A stretch of 64,000 bases of DNA from Isurus oxyrinchus (lineage: Eukaryota), in contig JANJGN010000136.1 of assembly GCA_026770705.1 (NCBI GenBank), forward strand, positions 620,001 to 684,000, given 5' to 3'. The position numbers and the translations under genes were made by a program. The notes below the pieces were generated by a model. The model was not told the DNA's origin, ran no database searches, and saw only the letters and a program-made list of their open reading frames with translations. Shown here one piece after another: positions 25,551-37,745 of this stretch. Each line of letters begins with the position of its first letter. The first letter of the stretch is position 1.

Positions 25551-25799
25551 CTGTCTGAAAAGATGGTGGAATCATATTGAATCTAGATTCAAAGAGAAGT
25601 AATTTGCAGTGTGATGGAGGAACCTGGGTTGTGGAATATAATTGACAGCTCCTTCCAAGAACAGGCACAGAGTAGATGGGCCGACAGGCCTCCTTCTGAA
25701 CTGCAGGATTTGATAAATCAGGATTTTAATTTCTGCGTTGACTGGGAGATTAGAAAATCGCTGAAGACGTGAAGACGATGATCAAATGGTTCCAGGTAA

Positions 25800-26537
25800 A
25801 TGCCTGATGTTTTGTACCGAACAAGTAATACATGTAACAAGATTCCATGCATAACACAGGTCTACAAATCACTACTATGGTAACTCCTAAAACCCCTAAT
25901 TAATTTGGCTTCCACTTACAGCCCCGTTAAGGCATCAGTAAAAACCAGTATATTTAATCAGATCCCAGAAAGTCGACACAATACCCCGGGCAGAAGTATT
26001 CAAAGTGGCTTTCCCAACCGTCGGTCTGTGTAGACAGTAGGTTTGATGCACAAATATTGAAGGCTGTTTGCACTTCCAGCCGGTCATAGAATGCCTCACC
26101 CTAGCAAAATTCTCCTTTATAAATGTTTGTCCCTTTTAATGTAAGCCCCGTTGTTCCCATATGTCATTGGAACTTCACATTTCTCATAATATGAATCATT
26201 CCATGGTGCGAATATTATCAGGAACTAATGGGGGAAAAAAAAAACAAGTCTACCTTCGGTGGCTATATGTAACAGGCTACGATCTCTTTGAAATTCAAGC
26301 TACCCTAACTGATTTAAAACTGCAAATTCTCCTCACGTCACATTCTAAGAATTCAGCCACATTTTCACAATTTTCATTTCAAATCTGGCGTCTTTTGATG
26401 AGTCAAAGCCTCCAGACCAGCTGGCTCCTATTCAAGTTAATCTCATACACACACAGGAAAACTAATCAAACCGTATTATGAGCGACTTTTACAATAAATT
26501 ATGATAATGTTATGAGAACTATTGTGCTTCCATGACA
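25800..26537 (-). mobile_element. Probable solo LTR
   Basis: Minus strand starts TGTCATGGAAGCAC; 1-803 has a similar terminus (GTCATGAAGCAC) and composition. No internal coding sequence seen. Confidence 0.35.
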
Positions 26538-26924
26538 CCTGGAAATCTCTCCCTTAACCTCTCTCCTCCATTACCTCTCTCTTATTCTTTCAAATACTCG
26601 TTCAAATCTAACTATTTGAGCGGACAACTGCGCATTTCCCCAAATACCTCCTTGTGAAACGTGGTTTTAAATCTTGATATATAACGCTCCTTTCAAACGC
26701 CTTAGCAAGGGGAGGGGTGGGGGGCGAGGGTGCTATTTTGTGAAATGCAACAGATACATTCAAGATTCTGCTGTGTTGTTCAGCTGAGTGGACTTCAACA
26801 CTTAATTGTGTGGATCCGTTAAAAGTGATTTTTGATCTTTGTTCAGAGCTCGCAGTGTGGAAAATTGATGAAGGTCACTGCTGAATTTAGGATGACGAGA
26901 ATTAGCTATAGCGGCAGATGGCAC

Positions 26925-27380
26925 AGGCTATCCACGTTCATCATGCTGGACTTCCACCATCGATTTCCTAACGAATGATTGACACAGTTCCAGCATAACC
27001 TCCCTGCAAGTATGTTCTAAGCCTTGGCTTATAAACGAATGGATTCCACATGACTTCTTAAACACTTTATCGTCCTGTCTTGTAACATTCAAGTATTTGT
27101 GGAGATTCACTCCAATGTCCTTCACTTCCTCTACACCTCCTAATATTCGATTAATTAATTGTGTAATCCCTGCGACTTGTTTGAGCTGCATTACATCGCT
27201 CTCCTCCGCGTTCCATTCCATTTGGCATTTTTCTGTCCATCTAACCAGTCAATTAACAACTTCCCGCTATCAAACCTCCTCACTATCAAACAAAGCCAAC
27301 TTTCACATTGCTTGAAAAATCCCTGATGTTTCCCTTATATGGACGTCCAAATAATTACGGTGTATCACGAAAAGCACGGC
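26925..27380 (-). mobile_element. CR1 LINE fragment
   Basis: W.MEWNAE...KDIGVNLHKYLNV...REVMLELCQSFVR. Confidence 0.6.
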
Positions 27381-27699
27381 TGATCATGCATGGGTATTTT
27401 TTCCAGAAGAGAAATCTGATTGGTACAAATCCATCTCCCCAACACCATACAAGCTGATGTTTTCAGGATTCATGTCAGTGCTTGGGCGCTGTTTTAAATG
27501 TATGTTCACCATTCGCCAAACAGCCTGATAAACAACTCCTAGTGATGTTTGCAGCAAAACATTGAAGCTGATTTGAAAACTTTGCATTATAACTGTGCAC
27601 CGTTGAATGGTGACACATAACTTCCTTGGCTTAGAAATCAATGCCACCCCTCTGTAATTCCAAACAATTTCGAACGCTTCGTTATGAAGGCAGCCAGAA

Positions 27700-28600
27700 G
27701 AGGGTAAAAGCGAGGGAAAACAAGAGTGAGCTCCCCCCACAAAGTTGTTCTGCGGCCTGTGAAGCAGCGCCTTCGTATGAATGTTAATCAGATGAATACA
27801 TCAATCACAGCGGCAGTTAGCCTGTTTTTATCCCCTTTCCCAACTTGCTCTGATCACCTCATGCAATCGATTGAGGGCCATGTGGAAATATATTTCAGGT
27901 CCCTGACATTGAAACTCCCCCGAATGATAGTACCAAATGTAAATTTCAACAGGCATTTGATAATTTCTCTTTGAAGCCCCCGTCGTGAGTTTGTCCCACT
28001 GTGAGCACCTTCCATCTAATTCACCATGAAATCCATACGCTTCAATTCCAACATCCTTGAGATATGATAACATTTCAACACTATTTTTACTTCAATTTTT
28101 GAAGTGCTTATACTTATTAAATTTAACATCCTTCCGAAGGTAATTGTGAATGTGCAACTTGCACTGGTCATGAGTGGCATGCCCACATCCCATGAAATAA
28201 ATAGAAAATAGATTGCATAGATATCAGCCTATTGATGACGGGTGTTTTTGCAGCTTAAGGATTGTTTTTGACAGGTTATTTTGATTATTGAGAAGAAGGA
28301 GAACGTATCTGTTGTTGAACAGCTTTGTGAAGGTCACATCATTCAACAGCTCTGGGAAAACACATACAGTCACAGCTCGCTGGTAAGCTGATGTTTCAAC
28401 TGGGCAAATACAAGAATTCCAGACTGCGTGCGATCAATGAGCAAGGAAGAGTGCTGAATTATCCACACAGTGCCAGGTCTATTTGAAAACCATATGATCA
28501 TACTCGGACAATTGCGCCAGGTGGTTTGTTTGCTCAGATGGTTAGAGCGTTCCGCTAATGGCGCAAAGGTCGCTGGCTTGAACCTCCTACTGAACATTTT
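27700..28600 (+). repeat. Duplicated block ending in tRNA-Ile (paralog 45045-45930)
   Basis: Shared AAGAGTGAGCTCCCCCC, GAGAAGAAGGAGAACGTATCTGTTG and TTTGAAAACCATATGATCATAC. Confidence 0.9.
28523..28596 (+). pseudogene. tRNA-Ile(AAT) pseudogene
   Basis: GCTCAGATGGTTAGAGCGTTCCGCTAATGGCGCAAAGGTCGCTGGCTTGAACC; anticodon AAT, stems broken, followed by TTTT. Confidence 0.75.
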
Positions 28601-29179
28601 ATTCCCCTTAGAACTAATTATGGCCCATACTGCATTCAGTTGGAATTGCTGTCGGGAGAGGGTTCTGAAAGGTTCTTCTGCAGCTTCACGGGATGTGTTT
28701 TATTTTTCCTTCCTTGCTAATTGGCATCTGGAAAATTTCTGCCTCTAGTTTTAACGAATTCGTCCTCCTTTTACACTTCTGTGCAACAAATCTGTGGGAT
28801 TTATGACAATGAAGCTTTGCTACTGTACAACGGAGCACTTGCTAACGCCTCTTTGTTCAGCAGGTCTGAGACAAACATTTCCTCGCAGCTCCCTGGTAAT
28901 CTGAAGATTTGTCTCGCCAAACACCAGAATTCCAACCTGCGCGTGATCAATGAGGCAAGGAGAAATGTTGAATTCTCCACGCACTGCTATAGTGAATTTG
29001 AAAAGCATTTGATCAAACTAAGGAACGTGCAGCCTGGCAACCAGTTAGCTCCTAGGTAAAGGCAAAATACTGCGGATGCTGGGAATCTGAAACAAAAACA
29101 AAAATTGCTGGAAAAACCTCTGCAGATTCATACAGACTCGAATCGTTAATGCTGAGGTTCCAGCATTTTCTGTTTTTGA

Positions 29180-29250
29180 CTGTTTAGCTTGGATTGGTAA
29201 AGAGTAATTCTAATATCATTAAAGATCGGGGGTTGAATCCAAGACATGGG
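29180..29250 (+). pseudogene. Highly decayed tRNA-Ile(AAT) remnant in a local tandem duplication
   Basis: TTAGCTTGGATTGGTAAAGAGTAATTCTAATATCATTAAAGATCGGGGGTTGAATCC, at the equivalent position of the 28370-28830 / 28850-29500 duplicate. Confidence 0.45.
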
Positions 29251-30151
29251 AGATGTACGTCATGTATGTCCCTCGTTCAGTTGTAGTCCTTCTGCTATTA
29301 CGATGTTAGAGGTTCAGTTTTAATTCCAATACTGTCACATCGGAAGTGAATTTTGAATCGGACTGTATTCTCCAGTGGCATCGCAGATTGTGTTTTTTCC
29401 TTTTCTTCCATACTTCTTGCCTCTGGAATATTACTGCCTCTTGTTCTGACAAATCCGTCCTTCTTTTAACACTTCTGTGCCACAAATCTGTCAGAATCAT
29501 GGATCAAATATTTTCTCCTGTACAGAGAAGCACTTGCAAAAGAGCAGAGATATCACTGTATACTCTAATTGTGAAAAGTGCTTCCTGACTTTTCCCTTGG
29601 TTGGATTCTATCGCTGTGGATTAGTGGGAAAAATGTATCAGGATTCAACCGCTTTCTTACCGGCGGGAGAAGCAGTTTCTCGGTGTTTAACCTCACAATT
29701 CACTTTAGCAGGATAAGCTAGATCAGGACAACCTTCATCCTTTTACAATCAAGGGAATATAAAAGTTTAGAAGCCCTGACAAGGCGGGAAAATGTGCAGG
29801 AATCAGGGAAAACGCGAAGGATTGGCACTGGGTGAATATCTCTTTCCGAAAGCCAGCAGAATCGGGATGGGCCAAATGGCCTTCTACTGTCATGTGCCCA
29901 TTCTATGATGGTGTTGTATCGATCAGTATGTAGGAGATGAGTTTGAGGTCACTATGGGATTCTTTCAACTGAGAATGTGGCACGAACCCAGGGTAAGGTT
30001 GCAATGAGGTTCGAAATGCATCAGCAGCTTTCACTATTATTCGTCCTTGAAAGTGAGCTTCGCTGGTAAGGTGTTCATTTATTTGTGGAGCCCTCTTCTC
30101 CAGCTAGTTGGTTACTTGCCCACCACCATTCACTAATGTATAGACGATGTG

Positions 30152-30500
30152 ACATAGAAGCAGAAATTAGGCCATTCGGCCCATCGAGTCTACTCCGCCA
30201 TTCAATCATGGCTGATAAGTTTCTCAACCATATTTGCCCATCTTCAACCCATAACCGTTGATCCGCTTACCAATCAAGAACCTACCTCAGTCTTAAATAC
30301 ACTCAATGACCTGGCCTCCACAGCCTTCTGTGGCAATTAATTCCATAGATTCACCACTCTCTGGCTAAAGAAGTTTCTCCTCATCTCTGTTCTAAACGGT
30401 CTTCCCTCTACTCTGAGGCTGTGCCCTCGGTTCCAAGTCTCTCCTACTAATGGAAACATCTTGCCCACGTCCACTCTATCCAGGCCTTTCAGTATTCTGT
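30152..30500 (-). mobile_element. Young CR1 LINE 3' end
   Basis: Reverse complement is closely similar to 52300-52645. Confidence 0.85.
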
Positions 30501-30659
30501 AGCGTGTATGTGGAAGCTCTGTACAGCTTAGATCTGATCATTTGGTTGTGGGATCACGTCAAAAGCGATTGTGAGGACAGCGGGCAAACGTTTACACAGC
30601 ACAAAAAACAAGAAGTATTATATTGGGAATGAGATAAACAAAATTTATTGAAGGCTGTA

Positions 30660-31095
30660 ATTGCGACTTAACTAGGGCATCCCGTCTGGTCCTGGGCGCT
30701 GCTCTTTAGGAAGGATGGGAAGATTTGAAGTATGTTGGAAAGAGGGCAGAAAAGATTCACGAGAATGGTTCCTGGAATGAGGAACCTTGGTTATGATGTT
30801 AGATTGGAGAAGTTAGGACGGTTTTCCTGGGAGAAAAGAAGGCTGAGAGGAGATTTGATAGAGAGATTGAAAATCACGAGAGGTCTGGTCAGAGCCGACA
30901 GGGAGAAAGTGTTCCCGTTCGTGAAACTGTCAAGATTGAAAGAATAGAGATTTTAAATAGTTGGTTAAAAAAGCAAAAGTGACCAGAGGAAAATCTTTAC
31001 TTTTTTTGCAAAAAATGATTAAGGTCTGGAATGCACTCCCTGATAGTGTGCTGGAGGCAGTTTCAAGCAAAGCATTATAAAGGGGATTAGATAGC
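30660..31095 (+). mobile_element. Old CR1 3' fragment carried in the duplicated module
   Basis: LERGQKRFTRMVPGMRNL.Y..RLEKLG.FS.EKRRLRGDLIE; paralogs at 59370-59900 (+), 33940-34480 (-), 46180-46715 (-). Confidence 0.85.
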
Positions 31096-32056
31096 GAAGT
31101 GGCTTCAATTCCTTGTCTGTGACCCTGGGTCCTAGGTTCCAAGTCAGTGTAAATAGTTTAAGGCTTACAATACCTGTTCAAAGTTACAAAAAATATGTAT
31201 CTAATCCCTCATGAAATCATGAGTAAGGGCGTCAGTAAACGGACAGTCAGTGGATATAACGTAGTGACTGAGCTGTAGTATAGTGTCGGGTATCGAAGGG
31301 GGCAAGGGCGGAGTTCAAGAGGCAAACAGTTCCAGAGGAAGAAAACTGAAAGGTTGGTGAGGAGGAATAGGGCAGAATGTGAATGGCGTTCACCATCTTT
31401 CAAGTTTTACTCAATGAAGGATCGAAAGGGAAAGTCATCTCTGTGCCAAGGAGCTGCTGATCAGTGCAGTGGCCAGAAAATAGAACTGGAATTAGCACAG
31501 TCATGGTGTTTACTGAGGCAAAGGTAACGGGTTAAGTAGCGAAACAAAAGGTGGGGGATGAATGACAGGATCCTGTCAGACAGCAAATGAAATGAAGGGA
31601 AAAAAATAAATTTAAAAAACGAACAAAATGGCGACAAAGATTGCAATGCATGTTAATCTGTCATTTTACGGTCAGTGTTTACAAGATCAACGTTAATGAA
31701 TTCTGCGTCGATACTCATTACCAGAAGGAGCATAGCCAGTTTCTTTTGCTTTTAAAGTATCTTTTTTTCTGCAAACTATCTCGGATTCAAACCACTGATT
31801 TCACAGAAATTCTGATTCGGCCCAGTTGAGGTGAAAGAGCCAGTTTATGCGTTAACGCGCACACGGAAATGTCGCCTGATTGTGTGGATGAAGGAGCCTC
31901 CCTGTCATGGTGCTCTCATATCCCGGGATCTCTGAAAAGAGCTCCTGTTCCTGACTCTGACTGCGGCTGTCACACGATCTTTATCTGCCTCTGTCTCCCA
32001 CATATCAACCAATTTCAAATCTATTTCCAATGATTTCTTTGTTTAAATTGTAGCTA

Positions 32057-32120
32057 CTCCCCGTTGAGGAGATGAACCCCAATCTCACGTATGACAAGCG
32101 AGACCACTACGCTACAATGA
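32057..32120 (-). pseudogene. tRNA-Asp(GTC) pseudogene, decayed
   Basis: CTCCCCGTTGAGGAGATGAACCCCAATCTCACGTATGACAAGCG is homologous to 39579-39625 and lies at the same position in the repeated module. Confidence 0.65.
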
Positions 32121-34559
32121 CTACACTGACGGAGAATTCGTAAATCTATTCGGACAGCGGTGCGGCTTACAGGCTTAGATCTTCCATGCATCTGACCTGC
32201 GTATACAAACTCGTTTACAGCGCAGCACAAGCAATGATCATTGAACTGTTACAGTGGAAATTCTGTCTAACTGACCTAAAGGAGAATGATTACCGTCTTG
32301 TGTGAAAGAATCTATAATATATAGAGCCACAAAATGCAGTTGTGAACATGTGTGTGAGACAGAGATGGGGAGATAATGATAGCGAGGAGGAGAGAAAGAG
32401 TGAAAGAGAGAGACCCAGAAAATTGAAGGATTGAGAAAAAAGTCGCCTTTGGGAATCTTTTTAGTTGAATTTCTCCCGCGTGTGTTTTCGGAACAAAATC
32501 TCACTGAAATGGATCAAATTCATCTCCGAGCTTGGAGTTTCTGATTTGAGTGGTTTAAAAGTAACAATAATAAAAACAGAAAATGCTCAACAGGTCTGAC
32601 AGCGTCTGTGGAGAAAGGAAGTGAGTTAACGTTTCAAATCGGCATGATTTCCTCAAATTGAGGAAGGTGGGAATTGAACAAAAATCAATTGCGTGGAAGA
32701 CAGATACATTCCTCACGACACCACCAACGCTGATCAGAGAAAAATGTCAAGGCATTTAGCAAGGGTGTTAGCATTAAAAAAATAATACGGAATGTTGCTA
32801 TACAGCCATTCACAATCTCATCTGGACACATTTTTTTTTTACGAGGACCATTAGAATTCTCTTCAGCTTTTGCACCATTAAAGGTTTTCCCTCCTCCATT
32901 CCAGCACCGCCCAACCAAACACCCTCACACACCTATTTTTGTTAATCCTGCGCCCTCCCGCTCTCCAATGGTATAGAACCAGTTATCTTTCTCCCTTTTG
33001 TTTTATTCTGATGAAAAGTCATTGAACTGAACAATTAACTCTGTCTTCACTGATGCTCCATGACCTGCTGAGCATTTTGGGATTTTTTTTGGGAGGAGGG
33101 GGGTTTGTTTTTCACTTTTCCAGTATCAACACTATTTTCCTTTTCAATTTGAAAGATTTGCAAAAAAGGTGCGAACGGTATTTACATTCCTCGCTCTTGC
33201 TCCTTGCCAATGTGCCGGTTTTCTTCCTCCACAACTCTGTTTATCTCTTGAACTGCCTCCTAACGCTCCTCAATTCCTGAAACTAAACCACAGCTCAGTC
33301 CCGATGCTGAAGCCACTGACTGCTGCTGGAATGACGTCTCTCTTCCTGATTTGTGCAATGATTTGACACGTACATTCGATATGTTAAGGGAAAAAGATCA
33401 GTCAATCGCTGAGCCTATTCCTATTAGCTGGTTAGATCGCTGTCAAAATGTTAAAACCAGAGATTTCAGCATGGAAATTAGGAAGTAATTCTACACATAA
33501 AATGTGCTAGAACTCCAGGGCTCCCTTCTGTACATGGAATCTATTGATTGATCGATTGTTGTATTTTCAGTCCGAGACTTATCGAGTTTTGTTAAAAAGG
33601 GATATTAAGGAATATGAGGCAAAGGCGATCAGATGAAATTAGTCACCAATTATATGAAACAGCATTCAACATATTCTAGGGACTAAATATCCTCATCAAC
33701 AGCAAACTTCCAGGGAAACAACTCACCTCAGCCTTCTGGAAACAAAATTGAGTTCAACAAATTTAGATCACAACACTGCCCCATGTCAATTATTGTGCCA
33801 ATTTTTTTTTCTCGTTTGATTTTATCACAGTTCTATCTTTTTCTTTTATGCTACATTTAGACGGATGATAGGCTGCCATTCACAACCTCATCTGGACACA
33901 TTTTCTAATTATTTGCTATCCACACGGAAATACATAAAAGTTACAGTGCAGCAGAAGTACATTCAGCCCATCCTATCTGCACCATCTCTCCAAATGAGAC
34001 AGCCCCTGTCTTCTCCCCTATCCTTGCACATTCCTCCTTTTGAGATAACAGGCTAAGTAAATATTTAATGTTTCAATTGAACCTGCCTCCACCAATCCCA
34101 GACAATGCATCGCAGACCTGAACCACATTCATCAAGAAGCATTTTTTTTCCCCTCATGTCACTTCATATCCTTTTAACAACTTGTTTCAACTTGTGTCGT
34201 CTCGATGTCGATCATTTCATGGGTGGAAACACTTTCTCTCTATGTACACTAGCCAAACCCCTCATGGATTTTAATTCCTCTATCAAATCTGATCTCAATC
34301 TCCTCTCCTCCAAGAAAAAAAAAACTTCTCCAATCTATCGTCATAAATGAAGTTTCTGATTTCGTGAATATTTTCTGCCCTGTTTCCAAAATCCTTCACA
34401 TCGTCAAATTCTTCCTCAAGTGCAGCGCCCAGATCCAGACGGGATACATGAGCTGAGGCTGAACTCGTGCCTCATCCAAATCCCATTTATCTCATACCCA
34501 TTACAACACTCTATGTGCCATGAAAAATGTTCTCTCCTGTCTTCGCAGGCAATACCTTT

Positions 34560-35400
34560 CAAAGCGACCCCACAACCAATGGATCAGATCTAAGCTCTGC
34601 AGTCCTGCCACATCGAGTCATGAATGGTGTTGGACAATTAAACAACTAAGTGGAAGAGGAAGCTGCGTGATAAAATGAAGGCCTGTTCACACAGCATTCT
34701 AAATGCTTCCTCCCTACTTGCACATGCCTTGCTTGGTTTGGGTGCATCAACATTTGGCGTTGTACTTGAAACCTTTAAGCTTCATTGAACTACGAAGATC
34801 GCTTCACACTTATGCCCATCCTTAAGTAGCTCATTGATGCTAATTGTTTTCGTCTTGTCTATCAGTTCTTGCAGGAATGTTTATTTGAAATTAACAACTG
34901 AACCATTCTGCCGGTTATTCCTGTACCTGAAAAATCGTAGGTTGGACCACATTCTCTGCATCTGCTGATGAATTTGTCCATGGGTTCTCTCGGCTATTAT
35001 GGAAATGAAGACTTGTTGATGATTATTACTGAAGTTTATCGTGATTCTGAACCGGTCTTCCAACTTAATCCATATCTTTGCGGCTCCTTTAGCTCTTCTG
35101 CTGTTAATCCTGACATTTTCAGCCTGCATAAACCTTTATTCACAATTGCTAGGCCAATTTGTATGGCTTACTTGTCTGGCACAGGCACACCTGAGTCAAG
35201 AAACCATAGTTCTGTTTCAATTTTTTTGAATTCGGGTGCTAGGACAGCTGCATCCAAATTCAATCTGTGGAATTTTTTGGCCATTTTGTCAAAGTCCCTT
35301 TGACCTTCCTTCTTCTGTAGTACCTGGAATGACTGTCACTGTGGCTGTCTTTGCTGACTTTTCCCAAGTTGTGCCAATATAATCACAGCCTTCTCCGGCC
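34560..35400 (-). mobile_element. Decayed Gypsy gag-like fragment (copy 1)
   Basis: Across frames FKKIETELWFLDSG...AIQIGLAIVNKGLCRLKMSGLTAEE...AKIWIKLEDRFRI...MDKFISRCR...INELLKDGHKCEA. Confidence 0.5.
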
Positions 35401-35897
35401 TGATTTTTATGCAGTTTATTTCATTTATTTTTTCATTTAATTGACTATCCCTCTTTCATAATCATTCTGGCCCACATTCTGGTAACTCGACTTTCCTGAC
35501 TAAGCTAAATTGGTGCTGGTCCTCTTGAAACTCTCTCCCACTCCTAAGTGAACTGACATGCTATGCACTGTAATATAACCATGAGGGATCCACCTGCTCC
35601 CCTGCTCTTTACTTTAATACTACCTGGCACTGTCTCACCAGCTTTCCTGGACAGTCAGCACGCTGCCTTCTCAATGCTCTCCGATCTGCGGCTTTCTAGC
35701 GGTCTGATCAAAGCATCAAGCCGTTTAACACAACCTGATGCTGTTCACCAATCGTATCTCTGGTTAATGCTACCGCCAGGCTGTCTAACCACCGCTAAAC
35801 ACCATTTTCTGTTGTCATAGTATGGAGGCACCAAACACTATTAAGATGTTGTGTAAAAGCTTTGAGATATCTTGCCCCGTTCAGGAAGCCATCATCA

Positions 35898-35968
35898 AAG
35901 ATGGTGGGAAAGTGATGAGCATAGCTGCCTTCCAATCAGTTGACCTGGGTTCGGTTTCCATCCGTTAT
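35898..35968 (+). pseudogene. tRNA-Gly(TCC) pseudogene
   Basis: GATGGTGGGAAAGTGATGAGCATAGCTGCCTTCCAATCAGTTGACCTGGGTTCGGTTTCC vs canonical GTTGGTGGTATAGTGGTGAGCATAGCTGCCTTCCAAGCAGTTGACCCGGGTTCGATTCCC. Confidence 0.85.
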
Positions 35969-37058
35969 AGCTTGCTTATATCATGCTTCTGAGCTCAGGA
36001 TTCTCAAACAAAGAGTTGGTTTTGATCTTCTCCGATGAGATTTTGCTCCGAAAATAAACGCGGGTGTCATTCAAGCAAAGCGATTTCCAAGCTCCACTTA
36101 CATAAGGGAGATCCCATTGTGGGATTTGAAAGTGAGGATGAAGATTTAATAACTGAGGCATTGCCTGTTTAGGAGCTAGTTTGCTAGTCAGCAAACAGGG
36201 GAGTGCTGGTGCGATTTCATATATTTAGATTAGGGACATGGAAATATTTATCCAGGGACAGAAAGGTTGAAAGCATCCCAGCTGTGCCTTGTTCTGCTCA
36301 CAGGCAAGAGTGAAACTAAGTCAGGATTGCACGGCCCATTTCCCGTCTAGTGAGTCATGCTGCTGTCCCTCAAAGGCAAATTACAAAACCCATTTACATT
36401 TTACCTTAGAATAAGTAGGATTTCAGTCTGATTTTTCAGGATATGATTTACATTACTTCAGATAAAACATAAATACACACGGAGCTGAGCACAGCATTTA
36501 ACGTTTCAGAGCAAATATTGAGATGGGAAACAGATGAAATACTGAGTGGATTAATTTTAAAAAAAGAAGAAATGCTGAAAAAATCGGCAGTTCTGACAGT
36601 TTCGGTTAGCGGGACTATTATTTAAACCTTCTATAGACCAGAAATATGAATCTACCCTTCCTCTGTGGGATCTGATTGCAGCAACTTCTATTCTTATTTT
36701 AGATTCAGAGCAAGAGCAGTATGTCTCTTTCTGAACAATGAAACAATCTGTGCTGGAATCGATATTCAAAAAAAGAATTGGGAAGCAGCAGAGGGAAACA
36801 TTTTTAGAGAATCAGTAAATATTCCTGAACCCGAGTAGTTCTATCCTGGCTCCATGCTTATATTCCGGGGAAACCTTCATTTTCAGCAATGAGGAACACG
36901 GCTGAATGACATTCTAAATGGAAGACAAGTGGAGATTGTAAATCTTTTTATCTGAATTGCATCTGCGTGTATTTTCCGTGCAAGACCTCACCGAAACTGA
37001 TCAAATAAAGCTCCGAGTGTGGGGTTTCGATTTGAACGGTTTTAAAAAATCAGCAAAC

Positions 37059-37131
37059 TGTGATGTCTGGGAATTGAATGAGACTCAGCTGCTTGGAAAA
37101 GCAAGGCCGCTCACCACGATACCACCATCGC
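37059..37131 (-). pseudogene. tRNA-Gly(TCC) pseudogene
   Basis: Reverse complement GCGATGGTGGTATCGTGGTGAGCGGCCTTGCTTTTCCAAGCAGCTGAGTCTCATTCAATTCCCAGACATCACA. Confidence 0.8.
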
Positions 37132-37139
37132 TGAATTCG

Positions 37140-37745
37140 ATACTTTTACAACAGCAAACTTTCCCAAGGCGCTTGAGAAGAACGTTATCATTAAAAATAT
37201 AGCTGACGCTCAGCCACGAAAGGAGAAAATTAGTGAGGTGACAAAAGCGGTAGATTTTGAGCAGATTTCTAAAGATGAGAAAGAGCTAGAGAAGTGGAGG
37301 GGTTTAGGGAGGGTGTCCCGAATTTTAGACTAGGACAGCTGAATGCACGGTTGTCAATGACGTAGAGATTAAAACCCGGAACTTACAAGATAACACAAGA
37401 GCAGGATCCTGGAAGTTTTTTTGGGCTGGAGGAGGTTAAGGAGAAATTAAGGGGTGAAGTCAGGGAGAGATTTTAAAGTAAGAATGAGGGTTTTAACATT
37501 GAGACTTTGCCGGGGAAGGAGCCTGTGTCGGTCAACAAAGACGGGGGTGATTGGTGAACTGGACTTGATTCAGGTGAAGTTCCTGACAGCAGAATTTTGG
37601 ATGAGCACAGATATGTGTGGGTGGAAGATGGGAGGCCGGCCAGATGAACACTGGAATAGTCAAGCCTAGAGTTAACAAAGGAATGAATGAGGGTTCCAGC
37701 AGCAGATGAGCTGAGGCAGGGTTGGGGTTGGCCGATGTTTAGTAT
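37140..37745 (-). mobile_element. L2 LINE fragment in the duplicated module (paralog 49320-49920, partial 58690-58900)
   Basis: LSSSAAGTLIHSFVNSRLDYSSVHLAGLP (L2 'LIHAFV.SRLDYCN.LL.GLP'). Confidence 0.8.
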
